Of a DNA stretch of 64,000 nt, positions 10,453 through 20,692 are shown piece after piece. Numbering within the stretch: the first letter of the stretch is position 1; each line of letters opens with the position of its first letter. The notes under the pieces were generated by a model. That model saw nothing but the letters and a program-made list of their open reading frames with translations, had not been told where the DNA came from and searched no databases. The position numbers were made by a program, and so were the translations under genes. The stretch comes from an uncultured Nitrososphaerota archaeon. GTDB taxonomy: Archaea; Thermoproteota; EX4484-205; JAAOZO01. Location of the stretch: positions 44,833-108,832 of the forward strand of contig CAYOYV010000002.1 in assembly GCA_964408285.1 (NCBI GenBank), in the 5' to 3' direction.

Positions 10453-11589
10453 TTGAACTCTCGGGAAAGGGTCGTGCGAGCACTCGATCTGGGGGAAGCT
10501 GACAGGGTGCCGCTTTTCGAGATGCATATACCACCGAAGATATCCTCGAGGATCCTAGGCAGAGACGAAGTATTTGTCGGGAATACAGATCTTGTGCATG
10601 ACCTGATTGCCAGAGGATACGACATCGATAGGTTGAATGAGAAGATATCCGATGAACTGGTTGAGGTCCACGCAAGGGCAGGACTTGATTGCATTAGGGT
10701 TCCGGGGGCATATGGGAAAGTAGGGGAGATCCGCAGAGAAGGAGACGGTATCTGGGTGATAGATGGAAAGCATTACAGATATTCAGCTGACTCGCTTTGG
10801 GACCTAGATGAGCCCAAGAGCTATGATCCTGATGAAGTGTTAAGTGAAAGTCACGAAATGGCAAACAGCCACTTCACAGATGGAGCGATATTCTCCATTC
10901 TCGAGAGAATCGCGAAAGAAGTAAAGGGATCTTCGTTCCTTTCTTTTGACGCCGACGGGTCTTGGGGGCCGATTGTCTCGAAACCATATCTTCTGCTGAG
11001 TGTCATGGGTTGGGTATATACTAGGCCAGATGTCGTGGAAGCCCTTATTGATGTTTTCACTCGGCAAGCCATAGAAAGAGGAAGGACGGCCATAGATCTC
11101 GGAGCCGATGCCATATTGATGTGCGTGGATTACGGTCATAGCAGTGGTCCATGGATTTCTCCCGAGATGTTCAGAAGATTCGTTAAGCCTGCCCTGATCA
11201 GACAGGTCAACGCGTTCAATGATAAGGGAGCCTACGCAGTTCTTCACTCAGATGGCAACATCGCAAAGATTCTGCCAGATGTGGTAGACGCAGGAATAGA
11301 TGCCTATCAGGGTATAGACGTGATGGCTGGAATGGATCTGAAGACAGTGAAGGAGCAATATGGAAAGAGGACATGTCTCATAGGTAACGTCAATCCAAGC
11401 ATAATCGAGTTCGGAACCAAGGAACAAGTATGTTTGGAGGTATCAAGGTGCATTCGGGACGGAGCTCGAGAGGGCGGTTTCATTCTTTCTGCTTCTGCGA
11501 ATGTCTCGATCAATACGAACTTCGAGAACTTCAAGCTTATGTTGGACTATGCCAAGAAGATAGGAAGATACCCCTTGTCTCTCAGTTGA
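10453..11589 (+). CDS. Uroporphyrinogen decarboxylase family protein (MtaA/CmuA-like methyltransferase fold)
   Basis: MNSRERV...DRVP start; DYG...ISPEMFRRFVKP, LHSDGN, LIGNV and GGFILS motifs. Confidence 0.85.
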   Translation: MNSRERVVRALDLGEADRVPLFEMHIPPKISSRILGRDEVFVGNTDLVHDLIARGYDIDRLNEKISDELVEVHARAGLDCIRVPGAYGKVGEIRREGDGIWVIDGKHYRYSADSLWDLDEPKSYDPDEVLSESHEMANSHFTDGAIFSILERIAKEVKGSSFLSFDADGSWGPIVSKPYLLLSVMGWVYTRPDVVEALIDVFTRQAIERGRTAIDLGADAILMCVDYGHSSGPWISPEMFRRFVKPALIRQVNAFNDKGAYAVLHSDGNIAKILPDVVDAGIDAYQGIDVMAGMDLKTVKEQYGKRTCLIGNVNPSIIEFGTKEQVCLEVSRCIRDGAREGGFILSASANVSINTNFENFKLMLDYAKKIGRYPLSLS

Positions 11590-11726
11590 TGGTGCGATTC
11601 CATGTTCTCCATTGGTTTGTCAAACGCCGGGGATCGAAAGTCCAGTATCGATCGTAGAGAGAATCAATTTTAGATCCGGAATAACCTTGAAGAATCCTTT
11701 AATCCAACCGAAATTGCTCACTACAT

Positions 11727-12626
11727 GTGAAGGTACTAGTAACTGGAGCCAACGGCTTCGTGGGAAGGAACATAGTTCCTTACCTCAGGAAAATGGGCCA
11801 TGTAATCCTCACCACTGATCTTGATTCAGGGGGAGCTAGAGGTGACATAACCGATAAGGGCTTCGTTCTTCAGACCCTGATGAGACATGATTTCGATTCC
11901 ATAGTCCACCTTTCAGCTGTAGCAGACGTTAGGAGATGTATAGAGGATGCCCATAGATGTTATGAGGTCAACTCATTTGGAACTCTGAATCTCTTGGAAT
12001 TGGCAATCAGAAAGCGAGTCAGGAGGTTTATCTATAGCTCGAGCGCCAATGTCTATGGCGTGCCTCTGGAACTCCCGGTGCACGAGACAACTCCATTCAA
12101 CCCAAGAACCCCCTATGATGATTCCAAAGTCATAAGCGAGAATCTCATCAGAAGCTACGGCAAGCACAAGGGTTTGCGATTCGTGATATTGAGGTCGTGG
12201 AAGCTGTTTGGTGAGTATGACATCCCAACCACTGCAGTCAGCAGATTCATTCTTGCCTGTCTCAGAGGTAATCGGATCGAATTGTACAACGGGGGAAAAG
12301 ATACTACCGATCCATACCACATTGAGAATTATTGCATGGCAATTCAATTGTGTCTAGAGAAGGATGAAGCAGTGGGTCAAGCATTCAATGTTGGAACGGG
12401 AAACGAGGTATCTATAAGACAACTCGCGGAGCTCATAAAAAGTCTAACGAAATCCGGTTCAGAAGTCGTTGACCTGCCGCCAAGGAGCGTTGCTGAGTCA
12501 CAGCCAATGAGGAGCTATCCCTCGATAGACAAGATCAGGAAGACTCTTGGCTATAAACCAATGATAGGTATTGAGGAAGGCCTCAGGAGAACCATCAGAT
12601 ATCACATTGACCATCCCAACTCATAA
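11727..12626 (+). CDS. NAD-dependent epimerase/dehydratase (extended SDR)
   Basis: VTGANGFVG, YSSSANVYG and YxxxK (YDDSK) motifs. Confidence 0.92.
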   Translation: MKVLVTGANGFVGRNIVPYLRKMGHVILTTDLDSGGARGDITDKGFVLQTLMRHDFDSIVHLSAVADVRRCIEDAHRCYEVNSFGTLNLLELAIRKRVRRFIYSSSANVYGVPLELPVHETTPFNPRTPYDDSKVISENLIRSYGKHKGLRFVILRSWKLFGEYDIPTTAVSRFILACLRGNRIELYNGGKDTTDPYHIENYCMAIQLCLEKDEAVGQAFNVGTGNEVSIRQLAELIKSLTKSGSEVVDLPPRSVAESQPMRSYPSIDKIRKTLGYKPMIGIEEGLRRTIRYHIDHPNS

Positions 12627-12654
12627 GCATCGAATCCCCTGGGGCGTCCGTGGC

Positions 12655-13338
12655 TCATGCCAAGAGGACAGCCATGATTCCGCTCAGGAATACACCGTCG
12701 AATGTTCCAGCTCCACCTATGCTCGCCATCCTTGCACCAATGCTGGGTATGGCAGGCAAATTGGTCAGATCAGCTCCTATCAGCGTGCCTAGAACGCCCG
12801 ATACGTAGGCTATTGCATAGGGTGCGTTTGAAGGAATAAGGATGGCCGTAAGAGCTGCGACAATCGGAGGCACAAAAGCAGGCGTAACTATCCCGACGCC
12901 ACGCGTTGGCCTAGCAACCAAGTGGGCCACGATAGCAACGATGAATATTCCAAGAACGGCCTGAGGCAAAATGGAGATGTAACTGTATAGGACATAGAAT
13001 GACAGGAGCGAGGGAACCAGAGCTCCTCCTACGTTTATGGCAATTATCGTGGTTTGGACTTTAGTTGTGGTGCGCGGAACCCTGTAAAGTACGCCAAAAA
13101 CCTTCACGTATTCATCAACGACATCATAATGCTCAGCCGGAATCCGTGCTATAGGTATGTTGACATAGCTTCCCAAGAGACTGGATCCTATTATCAGGAT
13201 AGCGCTCAGAGGACTCAGCCCGATTTCTCTAAGGGCGGCTCCAACGAAACCAAGAAGAAGAAAAACAAGAGCTATTGTTGCGATGACCCCAAGCAGGAAG
13301 AGGAAGGAAGGATGGACTGGCGAATGCAGGGATTTCAT
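12655..13338 (-). CDS. DUF1614 family membrane protein
   Basis: GSYVNIP, AINVGGA, GTLIGADL and SIGGAGTFDGVF motifs. Confidence 0.88.
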   Translation of the reverse strand: MKSLHSPVHPSFLFLLGVIATIALVFLLLGFVGAALREIGLSPLSAILIIGSSLLGSYVNIPIARIPAEHYDVVDEYVKVFGVLYRVPRTTTKVQTTIIAINVGGALVPSLLSFYVLYSYISILPQAVLGIFIVAIVAHLVARPTRGVGIVTPAFVPPIVAALTAILIPSNAPYAIAYVSGVLGTLIGADLTNLPAIPSIGARMASIGGAGTFDGVFLSGIMAVLLA

Positions 13339-13638
13339 GATCTAGAGGCATCACCTTGTTTGGTCTTTGCATTTAATTGTTTCCGGGTCATTTCAATATG
13401 AGTCGGTGTACTCTTTCATTGGCCGGGCGCTCTGACAGCCAATAGACCGAGACCTCTATTGTATCATCCAATCGCGCCCGTCTTGTTCGTGGGTCTGGCA
13501 GACTCCCTAGGATCGGCCGCAACGAATGGCGAGCCCGTTCCGCCTATAGTACGGATTGCCGTGTTAACTGATGCTAGTCCTATTTGCCGGCATTGAGGAA
13601 ACCTCTCACACTTAAATTCATGTCCGATAGAAATACTG

Positions 13639-14616
13639 GTGTTGGCCAAGGACCACATTGTCCGCGTAGGAATAGTCGGGTATGGTGGTATGGGAAAGCT
13701 GCATGCCGACAACGCAAGAAAGCTCGGCCTTTTTGGGATAGAAGCAATAGCTGACATATTGGCTGAGAGAAGGAAGGAAGCTAAGGCCGAATTGGGGGTA
13801 GCAACTTACGGGGACTATCGGAGAATGCTGGATTTAGAGGAAATCGAAGCGGTCTTTGTCACAACCCAACCCAACACTCACGCCGAGATTAGCATCGAAG
13901 CGGCACGAAGAGGAAAGCACATCTTCTGTGAAAAACCTTTCACTCCCTCTCTTGTTGAGGCTAAGGATGCCCTGAAAGTGATCAAGAAAAGAAAGGTAGT
14001 TTTCCAACTTGGGTTGGTTCTGCGATATACGGAATGCTACGGTCTCCTGAGGAGAGTCATCTCAAATGGAGAACTCGGGGACATCTTTGGTGCTCAGGCC
14101 AGATATGGAGGATATATGTTGAGTTACAAGCCCCACTTCGACAGGGGACATGACAGGGGGATGGTCAATGGCAACACGATTCACATGATAGACATGTTAC
14201 GGTTTCTATTCGGGCCGGTGAAGGAGGTGTGGGCAAGATTCGACAGAGGTTTCCCAAAGGGAACTGAACTCGCTGGAGTGATTTCGTTCAGTCACCTGAA
14301 CGGAGTCATGAGTGATCTCTACGCCTCAGGAGCGATGAGGGTTGGTTCATTCCTGTTCGTAAACGGCTCAGACGCAGATGCCGTCATTGAGAACAATACT
14401 GAATTGACCAAATTGAATAAGGAAGGATCACACAAGCTACTGCGGGCGAACGTTGGATTCCAAGAGGAATTAGAGGCCTTTTGGAGGAATATTGTACTCG
14501 GAGAGCAGAACTTGGCTGGGCAGTCCGAAGCCTTGGAACTATCCAATCTGATGGAGTCGATATATCTGGCCGCTATCAAAAGAGCCGCGGTGCGGGTTCC
14601 TAGAGCTACCCTGTAG
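13639..14616 (+). CDS. Gfo/Idh/MocA family oxidoreductase
   Basis: GIVGYGGMG, FCEKP and IHMID motifs; TATA-like cttaaatt at 13611. Confidence 0.9.
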   Translation: MLAKDHIVRVGIVGYGGMGKLHADNARKLGLFGIEAIADILAERRKEAKAELGVATYGDYRRMLDLEEIEAVFVTTQPNTHAEISIEAARRGKHIFCEKPFTPSLVEAKDALKVIKKRKVVFQLGLVLRYTECYGLLRRVISNGELGDIFGAQARYGGYMLSYKPHFDRGHDRGMVNGNTIHMIDMLRFLFGPVKEVWARFDRGFPKGTELAGVISFSHLNGVMSDLYASGAMRVGSFLFVNGSDADAVIENNTELTKLNKEGSHKLLRANVGFQEELEAFWRNIVLGEQNLAGQSEALELSNLMESIYLAAIKRAAVRVPRATL

Positions 14617-14678
14617 ATGACTGGACGAGATCCCGCGGAAACGAATCAGGCTTATTAGAGAGCCAGATCATAGATGCG

Positions 14679-15182
14679 ATGGGAATGAGCGAGGAGGCAA
14701 GATATCGAATCAGAGTGAGGTTCGGCACAACTGAGATAGAGGTCCAGGGAGACAAGGAGTTCGTGGAGAAGAAATACAGCGAGCTATTCGAGAAGCTTTC
14801 AACAGAAAGCCCAATGGCAAGACCGTCTGCCCCGACTAAGTTAGAGGCCCCAGTTGGAAAAACACCGTTCCCAGAGTTCATAGCGGAGAAGTCTAGGAGC
14901 GTGAACAAAGATCCAGACGATCTAACTGGCTCGCAGAAAATGATGGTAATCGCATACTATGAGTACAGGTACAGGGGAAAGGACTTCTCATACGATGATG
15001 TCGCGGCGAGCGCTTCTGAGGCAAGGCTGAGTGGTTTGACTAATCCTAGACAATACACATCCGACCTAATCAAGAAGGGTTACCTACAGGAAGTTCAATG
15101 CCCGCAGGAAGAGAAGAAGAAATGTTTTAGGATATTGAGGAGAGGAATCCAATACGTGGAAAGCGACTTCCAGATCGAATAA
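14679..15182 (+). CDS. Hypothetical protein, probable C-terminal winged helix
   Basis: N-terminal RIRVRFGTTEIEVQGDKEFV; C-terminal DLIKKGYL...FRILRRGIQYV resembles a wHTH wing. Confidence 0.6.
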   Translation: MGMSEEARYRIRVRFGTTEIEVQGDKEFVEKKYSELFEKLSTESPMARPSAPTKLEAPVGKTPFPEFIAEKSRSVNKDPDDLTGSQKMMVIAYYEYRYRGKDFSYDDVAASASEARLSGLTNPRQYTSDLIKKGYLQEVQCPQEEKKKCFRILRRGIQYVESDFQIE

Positions 15183-15284
15183 GTCTGAAAATGATGGAGA
15201 GTTGAGATGACTGGCATCACGACGAGATAGATGCCTGTCGAATTTCCAGATAACATTAAAAACGGGACCAGATATTCCTTGTTC

Positions 15285-16094
15285 ATGAAAGTGTATGTTG
15301 TGACTGATTTGGAGGGAGTTGACTGCGTCGTTCTTCCCAGGCAAGTCGGTCTCAGTGGTACAGAGGACCCCATGTACCAAAAAGCTAAGCACCTCCTTAC
15401 ACAGGAGGTGAATGCGGCCGTAGAAGGAGCATTCAGCGCAGGGGCGGAACAAGTACTGGTTCTCGACGGACATGGGGCAAACTCCGCATACAATCTGGTC
15501 GTTGAGGAGCTCTCAGAGAAAGCGCACTATGTCCTCGGTTCTCCATGGGACAAATACCTGCCTCAGTTCGACAGGACGATAGATGCCGTCTTCATTGTTG
15601 GTCAGCACCCCATGGCAGGGACTAGGAATGGCGTGCTGGATCATACCATGTCTTCGGAAACTTGGGTCAACGCCTATATCAACAATGTGAAAGTGGGGGA
15701 GATAGGTTTCATAGCATATTATGCCGGATACTACGGAGTGCCTGTGGTACTTGTCACAGGGGATCATGCCGCCTGTGAGGAAGCTAAGACTTTGATAGGG
15801 CCTGAGGTGGAAGTCGCACCTGTGAAGTTCGGCCTGAGTCGCACAAGTGCGAGATGTCTATCCCCAGCAAAGGCCAGGAGCCTCATACGGGAAAAGGCAG
15901 AAGCGGCTCTGCAGAATCCAAAGTCCGTGAGGCCACTTCAGACAAGCTCTCCTGTTGAAGTAAGAATTGAGCTTCTGAACACGGCAGCAGCGAAAGGATT
16001 TCTCTCTAGGAAGTCCTCAAAACTGATTGATGAAAGAATTGTGGTCTTCACCGGGGACAGCATAGCTCAAGTATACGAATTCATGTTCGGTTGA
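15285..16094 (+). CDS. dppA: M55 family D-aminopeptidase
   Basis: MKVYVVTDLEG (DxEG), DGHG, GQH, LDHT, GE and VTGD motifs. Confidence 0.9.
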   Translation: MKVYVVTDLEGVDCVVLPRQVGLSGTEDPMYQKAKHLLTQEVNAAVEGAFSAGAEQVLVLDGHGANSAYNLVVEELSEKAHYVLGSPWDKYLPQFDRTIDAVFIVGQHPMAGTRNGVLDHTMSSETWVNAYINNVKVGEIGFIAYYAGYYGVPVVLVTGDHAACEEAKTLIGPEVEVAPVKFGLSRTSARCLSPAKARSLIREKAEAALQNPKSVRPLQTSSPVEVRIELLNTAAAKGFLSRKSSKLIDERIVVFTGDSIAQVYEFMFG

Positions 16095-16299
16095 GCCCTT
16101 AACATTTCTTGTTTATCGAGGACTGCATCGCAAAAGGACGTTACGAATGTCTCCTATGTAATCCTTCTAGTTGCTGCAAGGAGCATGACCTGAGTGCTCT
16201 TGAAGCGAATTCAGTAGTCGGTGAGTGCCTTGTGGACCCCTCACTCTAGCAATGCCAACAAAGAATACATAGAACCATCCAACCCCTAGTTTAGGGAGA

Positions 16300-19176
16300 A
16301 TGGTCACAGACGAACCTGGCCCGGACTCTGCCATTCTTGGGCTCCTACCCAAGCCAATGAGACATTCGCTCAAGGTCTTGGGGATCAAGGAATTGACCGA
16401 ACCTCAGAGGAGAGCAATCCCTTCAATCATGAGGGGTGAAAACACGCTCTTGATAGCCCCGACCGGAAGCGGGAAAACAGAGGCTGCCATGATGCCAATA
16501 CTCAGCACCATGATGGAGTCAAAGAAGGGAGGGGGGATATCATTGCTCTACATTACTCCACTGAGAGCACTCAACAGGGACATGTTGAGGAGATTGATCA
16601 GTTGGACCAGCAGATTCAGTCTGACCGTTGAGGTAAGACATGGCGATACTCCTACCAAAGAAAGAAGGAGGCAGGCACTCAAGCCCCCGGACATCCTGAT
16701 AACGACCCCGGAAACCCTGCAGGCCATCCTCCCTGGAAAGAGAATGCAGAGGAACCTGAAGCGCCTGAAATGGGTTGTCATTGATGAAGTGCATGAGATA
16801 GCCGAAAGCAAGAGGGGCAGCCAACTCTCAATTGCGCTGGAGAGACTTCAAAAGGTAGTCGGAAAGGAATTTCAACGCATAGGCCTTTCTGCCACTGTCG
16901 GAACTCCGGAAAAAGTAGCTGAGCTTCTTGTCGGCAACGGGAGAAGAGTCAAGACAATTCATGTCCACACGAAAAAGGGGTATAGATACTGGATAAGGTG
17001 GCCTCAACCTTCTGAGGAGGACTTTGAACTTTCAACGACGCTATGCACCTCACCAGAGGCCGCTGCAAGGATAAGCACAATCAAGGAGCTTTCTGACCTG
17101 CATCTGTCCACCCTAATCTTCGTCAATAGTAGGCAAATCGCAGAGATGATGTCGCTCAGGCTGAATACGATTGACCCGAGGATAGGTATTCACCATGGTT
17201 CACTTTCAAGACAGGAAAGGGAGAACATAGAAGATAGTTTCAAGAAAGGAGGTACAAAGGCCATCGTTTGCACCTCAACTCTCGAATTGGGCATAGACAT
17301 TGGAACGGTTGACCTCGTCATACAGTACCTCTCGCCACGCCAAGTCGGACCCCTTATACAACGGGTAGGTCGATCCGGACATAAGCTGGGGTTGACGTCC
17401 GAAGGAGTGATAATAACGGCCTTCACGGATGATGCGATTGAGGCCATTGCAGTTGTCGAAAGGGCGGAAAAGGAATTGGTGGAACCGACTAGAATACACG
17501 AGATGGCCCTCGATGTCTTGGCTCACCAGACAGTAGGGCTTGCCCTTGACCAAGGCGGGATCAGGATTCACGATGCATTCCGGGTCATCTCGAGGGCCTA
17601 TCCGTTCAGATTTCTGAAGGCCAGGAAATTCAGACAATTCCTAGATTTCCTTTCTGGCCTCTGGCTTGTCAGGATCCGCGGTGACATCATAATGCCAACC
17701 AGGAGATCGAGGCAATTCTACTTCACCAACCTATCCATGATACCAGACGAGAGGAGATACCCGGTAGTTGATCTCACATCCGACAGGGTGATAGGAATTG
17801 TGGGGGAGGAGTTCGTATCGATTAGGGCTAGGTTAGGGCTTCACTTCATCTGTAGGGGAAGAGTGTGGAACATCGAGCAAATCTCAGACGATGGTCAAAT
17901 CTATGTGACTCCTATTGAGGATCCTAGAGCGGCTCTGCCCGGTTGGGATGGAGAGATACTCCCGATTCCATTCGATCTAGCCAATGAGGTGGGAGGTCTA
18001 AGACGCGAGATCGCGGATCGCCTCAAGATGGAAGAAGCGGAGAAGGTCGCGGAATACCTCAGAGAGAGGTTCCATCTGGAGAATTATGCCGCGAAGAGCA
18101 TAATTCAAGAGATACAGGAGCAAACGAGATCAGGTGCCGCGATCCCAACGGACAAGACCGTCCTGATCGAAGGTTTTGACAGATATCTGATCATCAATTG
18201 CTGTCTGGGTGAGTTGGCAAATCGTGCTCTTGGATACATAATAGATCAGAGGCTTTCAGAAAGAGGTCTGATAAGGAATTGGTGGGCTGACGGATATAGG
18301 ATCCTCTTGGAGCTCCCAATCGAGGTAACTGAACTGGACTTCGACCATCTCGCCAAAGGAATACTTCCATCGAGTCCAGAAGAGGCAGAACGGGACTTCG
18401 CCTCAAGGATGGCTGCGAGATTTCCATTTGGCTATTACATGAAGTTCATTGCTGAGAGGTTTGGTGTCATTCAGAGAGGGTTGGCGATGAGTGAGGACAG
18501 ATTGCTTGATTTGTATAGAAGGTACAATAAGACTCCAATATACGACGAGACGATACGTGAGGTGCTCCAAGAGAAAGTGGACCTCGAAGCAGTCAAATGC
18601 CTGATAGAAGCGGCACAAGAGAAAAGGATTCGTGTTGTGACGCATATATCCAAAGAGAAGCCGACCCCAATATCCTATCACATATTGAACAGATTCGCTG
18701 AGCTGCCTGAGATCATTTCTCCCGAGGGCATGCAAGGGGATTCGCTGGAAAGGATCAGGAACACAATTTTGCATTCGGAGGTCGAGTTGCTCTGCATGAA
18801 TTGTGGCAAGAGGTCTGAGCAAAAACACATCTGCGATCTATCTGAAAGGCCAAGTTGTTCATCCTGTGGTTCAACCCTCCTTGGGATCTTGCCAAGATAC
18901 AAGAAGTACGTTGAGAGTATTGTCGAAAAAAGGCTGAAGGGAGAGCGCCTTGTGGGCGCGGAACCAAATCTCCTTGCTGAGCTCAGAAGGAGTGCGGACA
19001 TCGTTCATTCATATGGTAGGGATGGGATATTCGCATTGTCCGTCTACGGCATCGGGCCTCAGACTGCTTCCCGAATACTCTCAAGGATGCATTACAGTCA
19101 GGAAGAACTCCTGAAGGATCTGATGGAAGCGAAGCTGAAATTCATTCAAACCAGGCCATATTGGGATTCCAGATGA
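16300..19176 (+). CDS. lhr: Archaeal Lhr-type SF2 helicase with C-terminal Cys4 zinc site
   Basis: APTGSGKT, TPLRAL, DEVH, SAT, TSTLELGID and QRVGRSGH motifs; CMNC...CSSC; GIGPQTASRIL. Confidence 0.93.
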   Translation: MVTDEPGPDSAILGLLPKPMRHSLKVLGIKELTEPQRRAIPSIMRGENTLLIAPTGSGKTEAAMMPILSTMMESKKGGGISLLYITPLRALNRDMLRRLISWTSRFSLTVEVRHGDTPTKERRRQALKPPDILITTPETLQAILPGKRMQRNLKRLKWVVIDEVHEIAESKRGSQLSIALERLQKVVGKEFQRIGLSATVGTPEKVAELLVGNGRRVKTIHVHTKKGYRYWIRWPQPSEEDFELSTTLCTSPEAAARISTIKELSDLHLSTLIFVNSRQIAEMMSLRLNTIDPRIGIHHGSLSRQERENIEDSFKKGGTKAIVCTSTLELGIDIGTVDLVIQYLSPRQVGPLIQRVGRSGHKLGLTSEGVIITAFTDDAIEAIAVVERAEKELVEPTRIHEMALDVLAHQTVGLALDQGGIRIHDAFRVISRAYPFRFLKARKFRQFLDFLSGLWLVRIRGDIIMPTRRSRQFYFTNLSMIPDERRYPVVDLTSDRVIGIVGEEFVSIRARLGLHFICRGRVWNIEQISDDGQIYVTPIEDPRAALPGWDGEILPIPFDLANEVGGLRREIADRLKMEEAEKVAEYLRERFHLENYAAKSIIQEIQEQTRSGAAIPTDKTVLIEGFDRYLIINCCLGELANRALGYIIDQRLSERGLIRNWWADGYRILLELPIEVTELDFDHLAKGILPSSPEEAERDFASRMAARFPFGYYMKFIAERFGVIQRGLAMSEDRLLDLYRRYNKTPIYDETIREVLQEKVDLEAVKCLIEAAQEKRIRVVTHISKEKPTPISYHILNRFAELPEIISPEGMQGDSLERIRNTILHSEVELLCMNCGKRSEQKHICDLSERPSCSSCGSTLLGILPRYKKYVESIVEKRLKGERLVGAEPNLLAELRRSADIVHSYGRDGIFALSVYGIGPQTASRILSRMHYSQEELLKDLMEAKLKFIQTRPYWDSR

Positions 19177-19225
19177 GGAACCGTTCACCTTTTTAAGCCG
19201 TTCGCTAATTCTAGAAGTTGTAATC

Positions 19226-20686
19226 ATGTCGGTCTCCGGTTTGGAAAGGGTTGGCATTGTTGCCAGTGATTCAAGTGAGGCAAAGGCCAGGCTTCTCCTT
19301 GAGGAATCAAGGGAACTGACCGTGAGAGCGGAGGAATTGGTTGTGATTGAGACTCAGAAAGGCGAAGTCTTGGGAGTGCTCCGAATAGGGAGTGGAATCA
19401 ACGAGGCACTCAACCCCAATGCTTACAGGCCAAGCATTGCATACGCCAAGAAGGGAGGAATCCCCTCTGGAGCCAGGGAGATATATACATTCGACATTCA
19501 TGTAATGGGCGTAATAACTGAGAAAGGGCTGGAACAGAATCGTCTGATCATTCCCCCAAGGAGCAATGTCTACATCTTCCCGGAAGCTGCTCGCAATCCC
19601 CTGGAACATGTTGCCGTGGGCAAGGAGGTGGTCTGGAACGCCCATCTGGATAGGCATGAGAATTGGAAGATCCCGTTCGACAAGACATTCCTAGCATACC
19701 ACATAGGCGTCTTTGGAGCTACAGGTAGCGGGAAGTCATGGTTGACCCGATATGTCATAGTTCCTGTACTTCTCGAAGCAGGGATGAAGGTCTTGATGCT
19801 TGACTGGGGAGGAGCCGACTATGTACCGCATTACGGAAAGAAAGCTATCTCCATGTCTGATCTCAAACTGGACGATGAAGCAATTGTGAGATATCTACTT
19901 CAGAAGGCAGAGCACTTCGGCTACACCGGGCAGATGAGGGATTCCAATCCAGTGAGGGAGGCCTTGGAAGATTTTGTCTCAAAACAATGGGAAGAGGAGT
20001 GCAGGAAGGAACCTGAGATGATATACATCGACATGAAGAACTACCTCAGGAATCACATTGATGAGGCTGTCACCAGAGATGATTTCAGGAGGGCAGCTAG
20101 GCGACGCATGGATTATGGCTTCAAGAAACTGGATGCATTTGACTTGGGGGCAGTACGGGGCACTTTGGCACTGGAGGATCTCATCTCAGACCTGAGGAAT
20201 GAGGAAGGAGGTCTGAGGGTGATAGATATGAGCTTGGTTGGAAGCGACGAGAAGCTGTCGCTGTTCAATTCCCTTGCCAGGTTCTTGGAAGATGAGATGG
20301 AAATCGGGAAATCGCTCAACATGGCTCTGATTGTGGATGAAGCCCCCCAATACGCTCCTTGGGAACCGAGGGGGATTCAGGGTGAGGCGACAGAACACAT
20401 AAAGAACCTTTGTGCTCTTGGAAGAAAACACAACCTTTGCATGTCACTGATCTCCCAGGGAATAGCGGGAGACATAGGAATCAACGCAGCAGTGAGGAGG
20501 AATCTGAATACTCAATTCTTTGGGGCTCTACATCCGCTTGACATGATGGAGGCTGACAACTGGCTCAAGCCCTATGGCATTCAGAAGGAATATCTCCTAT
20601 CCCTTAGGCCAGGTCAATTCTATTTTGTCGGGAAGGCAAATCCCTCTCCAATTCCTCTCCTGATAACCTTCAGGCCGGAGACCTGA
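19226..20686 (+). CDS. herA: HerA-like ATPase (HAS barrel + DUF87)
   Basis: N-terminal beta-barrel; HIGVFGATGSGKS Walker A; LIVDEA Walker B; GRK...ISQ. Confidence 0.85.
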   Translation: MSVSGLERVGIVASDSSEAKARLLLEESRELTVRAEELVVIETQKGEVLGVLRIGSGINEALNPNAYRPSIAYAKKGGIPSGAREIYTFDIHVMGVITEKGLEQNRLIIPPRSNVYIFPEAARNPLEHVAVGKEVVWNAHLDRHENWKIPFDKTFLAYHIGVFGATGSGKSWLTRYVIVPVLLEAGMKVLMLDWGGADYVPHYGKKAISMSDLKLDDEAIVRYLLQKAEHFGYTGQMRDSNPVREALEDFVSKQWEEECRKEPEMIYIDMKNYLRNHIDEAVTRDDFRRAARRRMDYGFKKLDAFDLGAVRGTLALEDLISDLRNEEGGLRVIDMSLVGSDEKLSLFNSLARFLEDEMEIGKSLNMALIVDEAPQYAPWEPRGIQGEATEHIKNLCALGRKHNLCMSLISQGIAGDIGINAAVRRNLNTQFFGALHPLDMMEADNWLKPYGIQKEYLLSLRPGQFYFVGKANPSPIPLLITFRPET

Positions 20687-20692
20687 TCCCTC

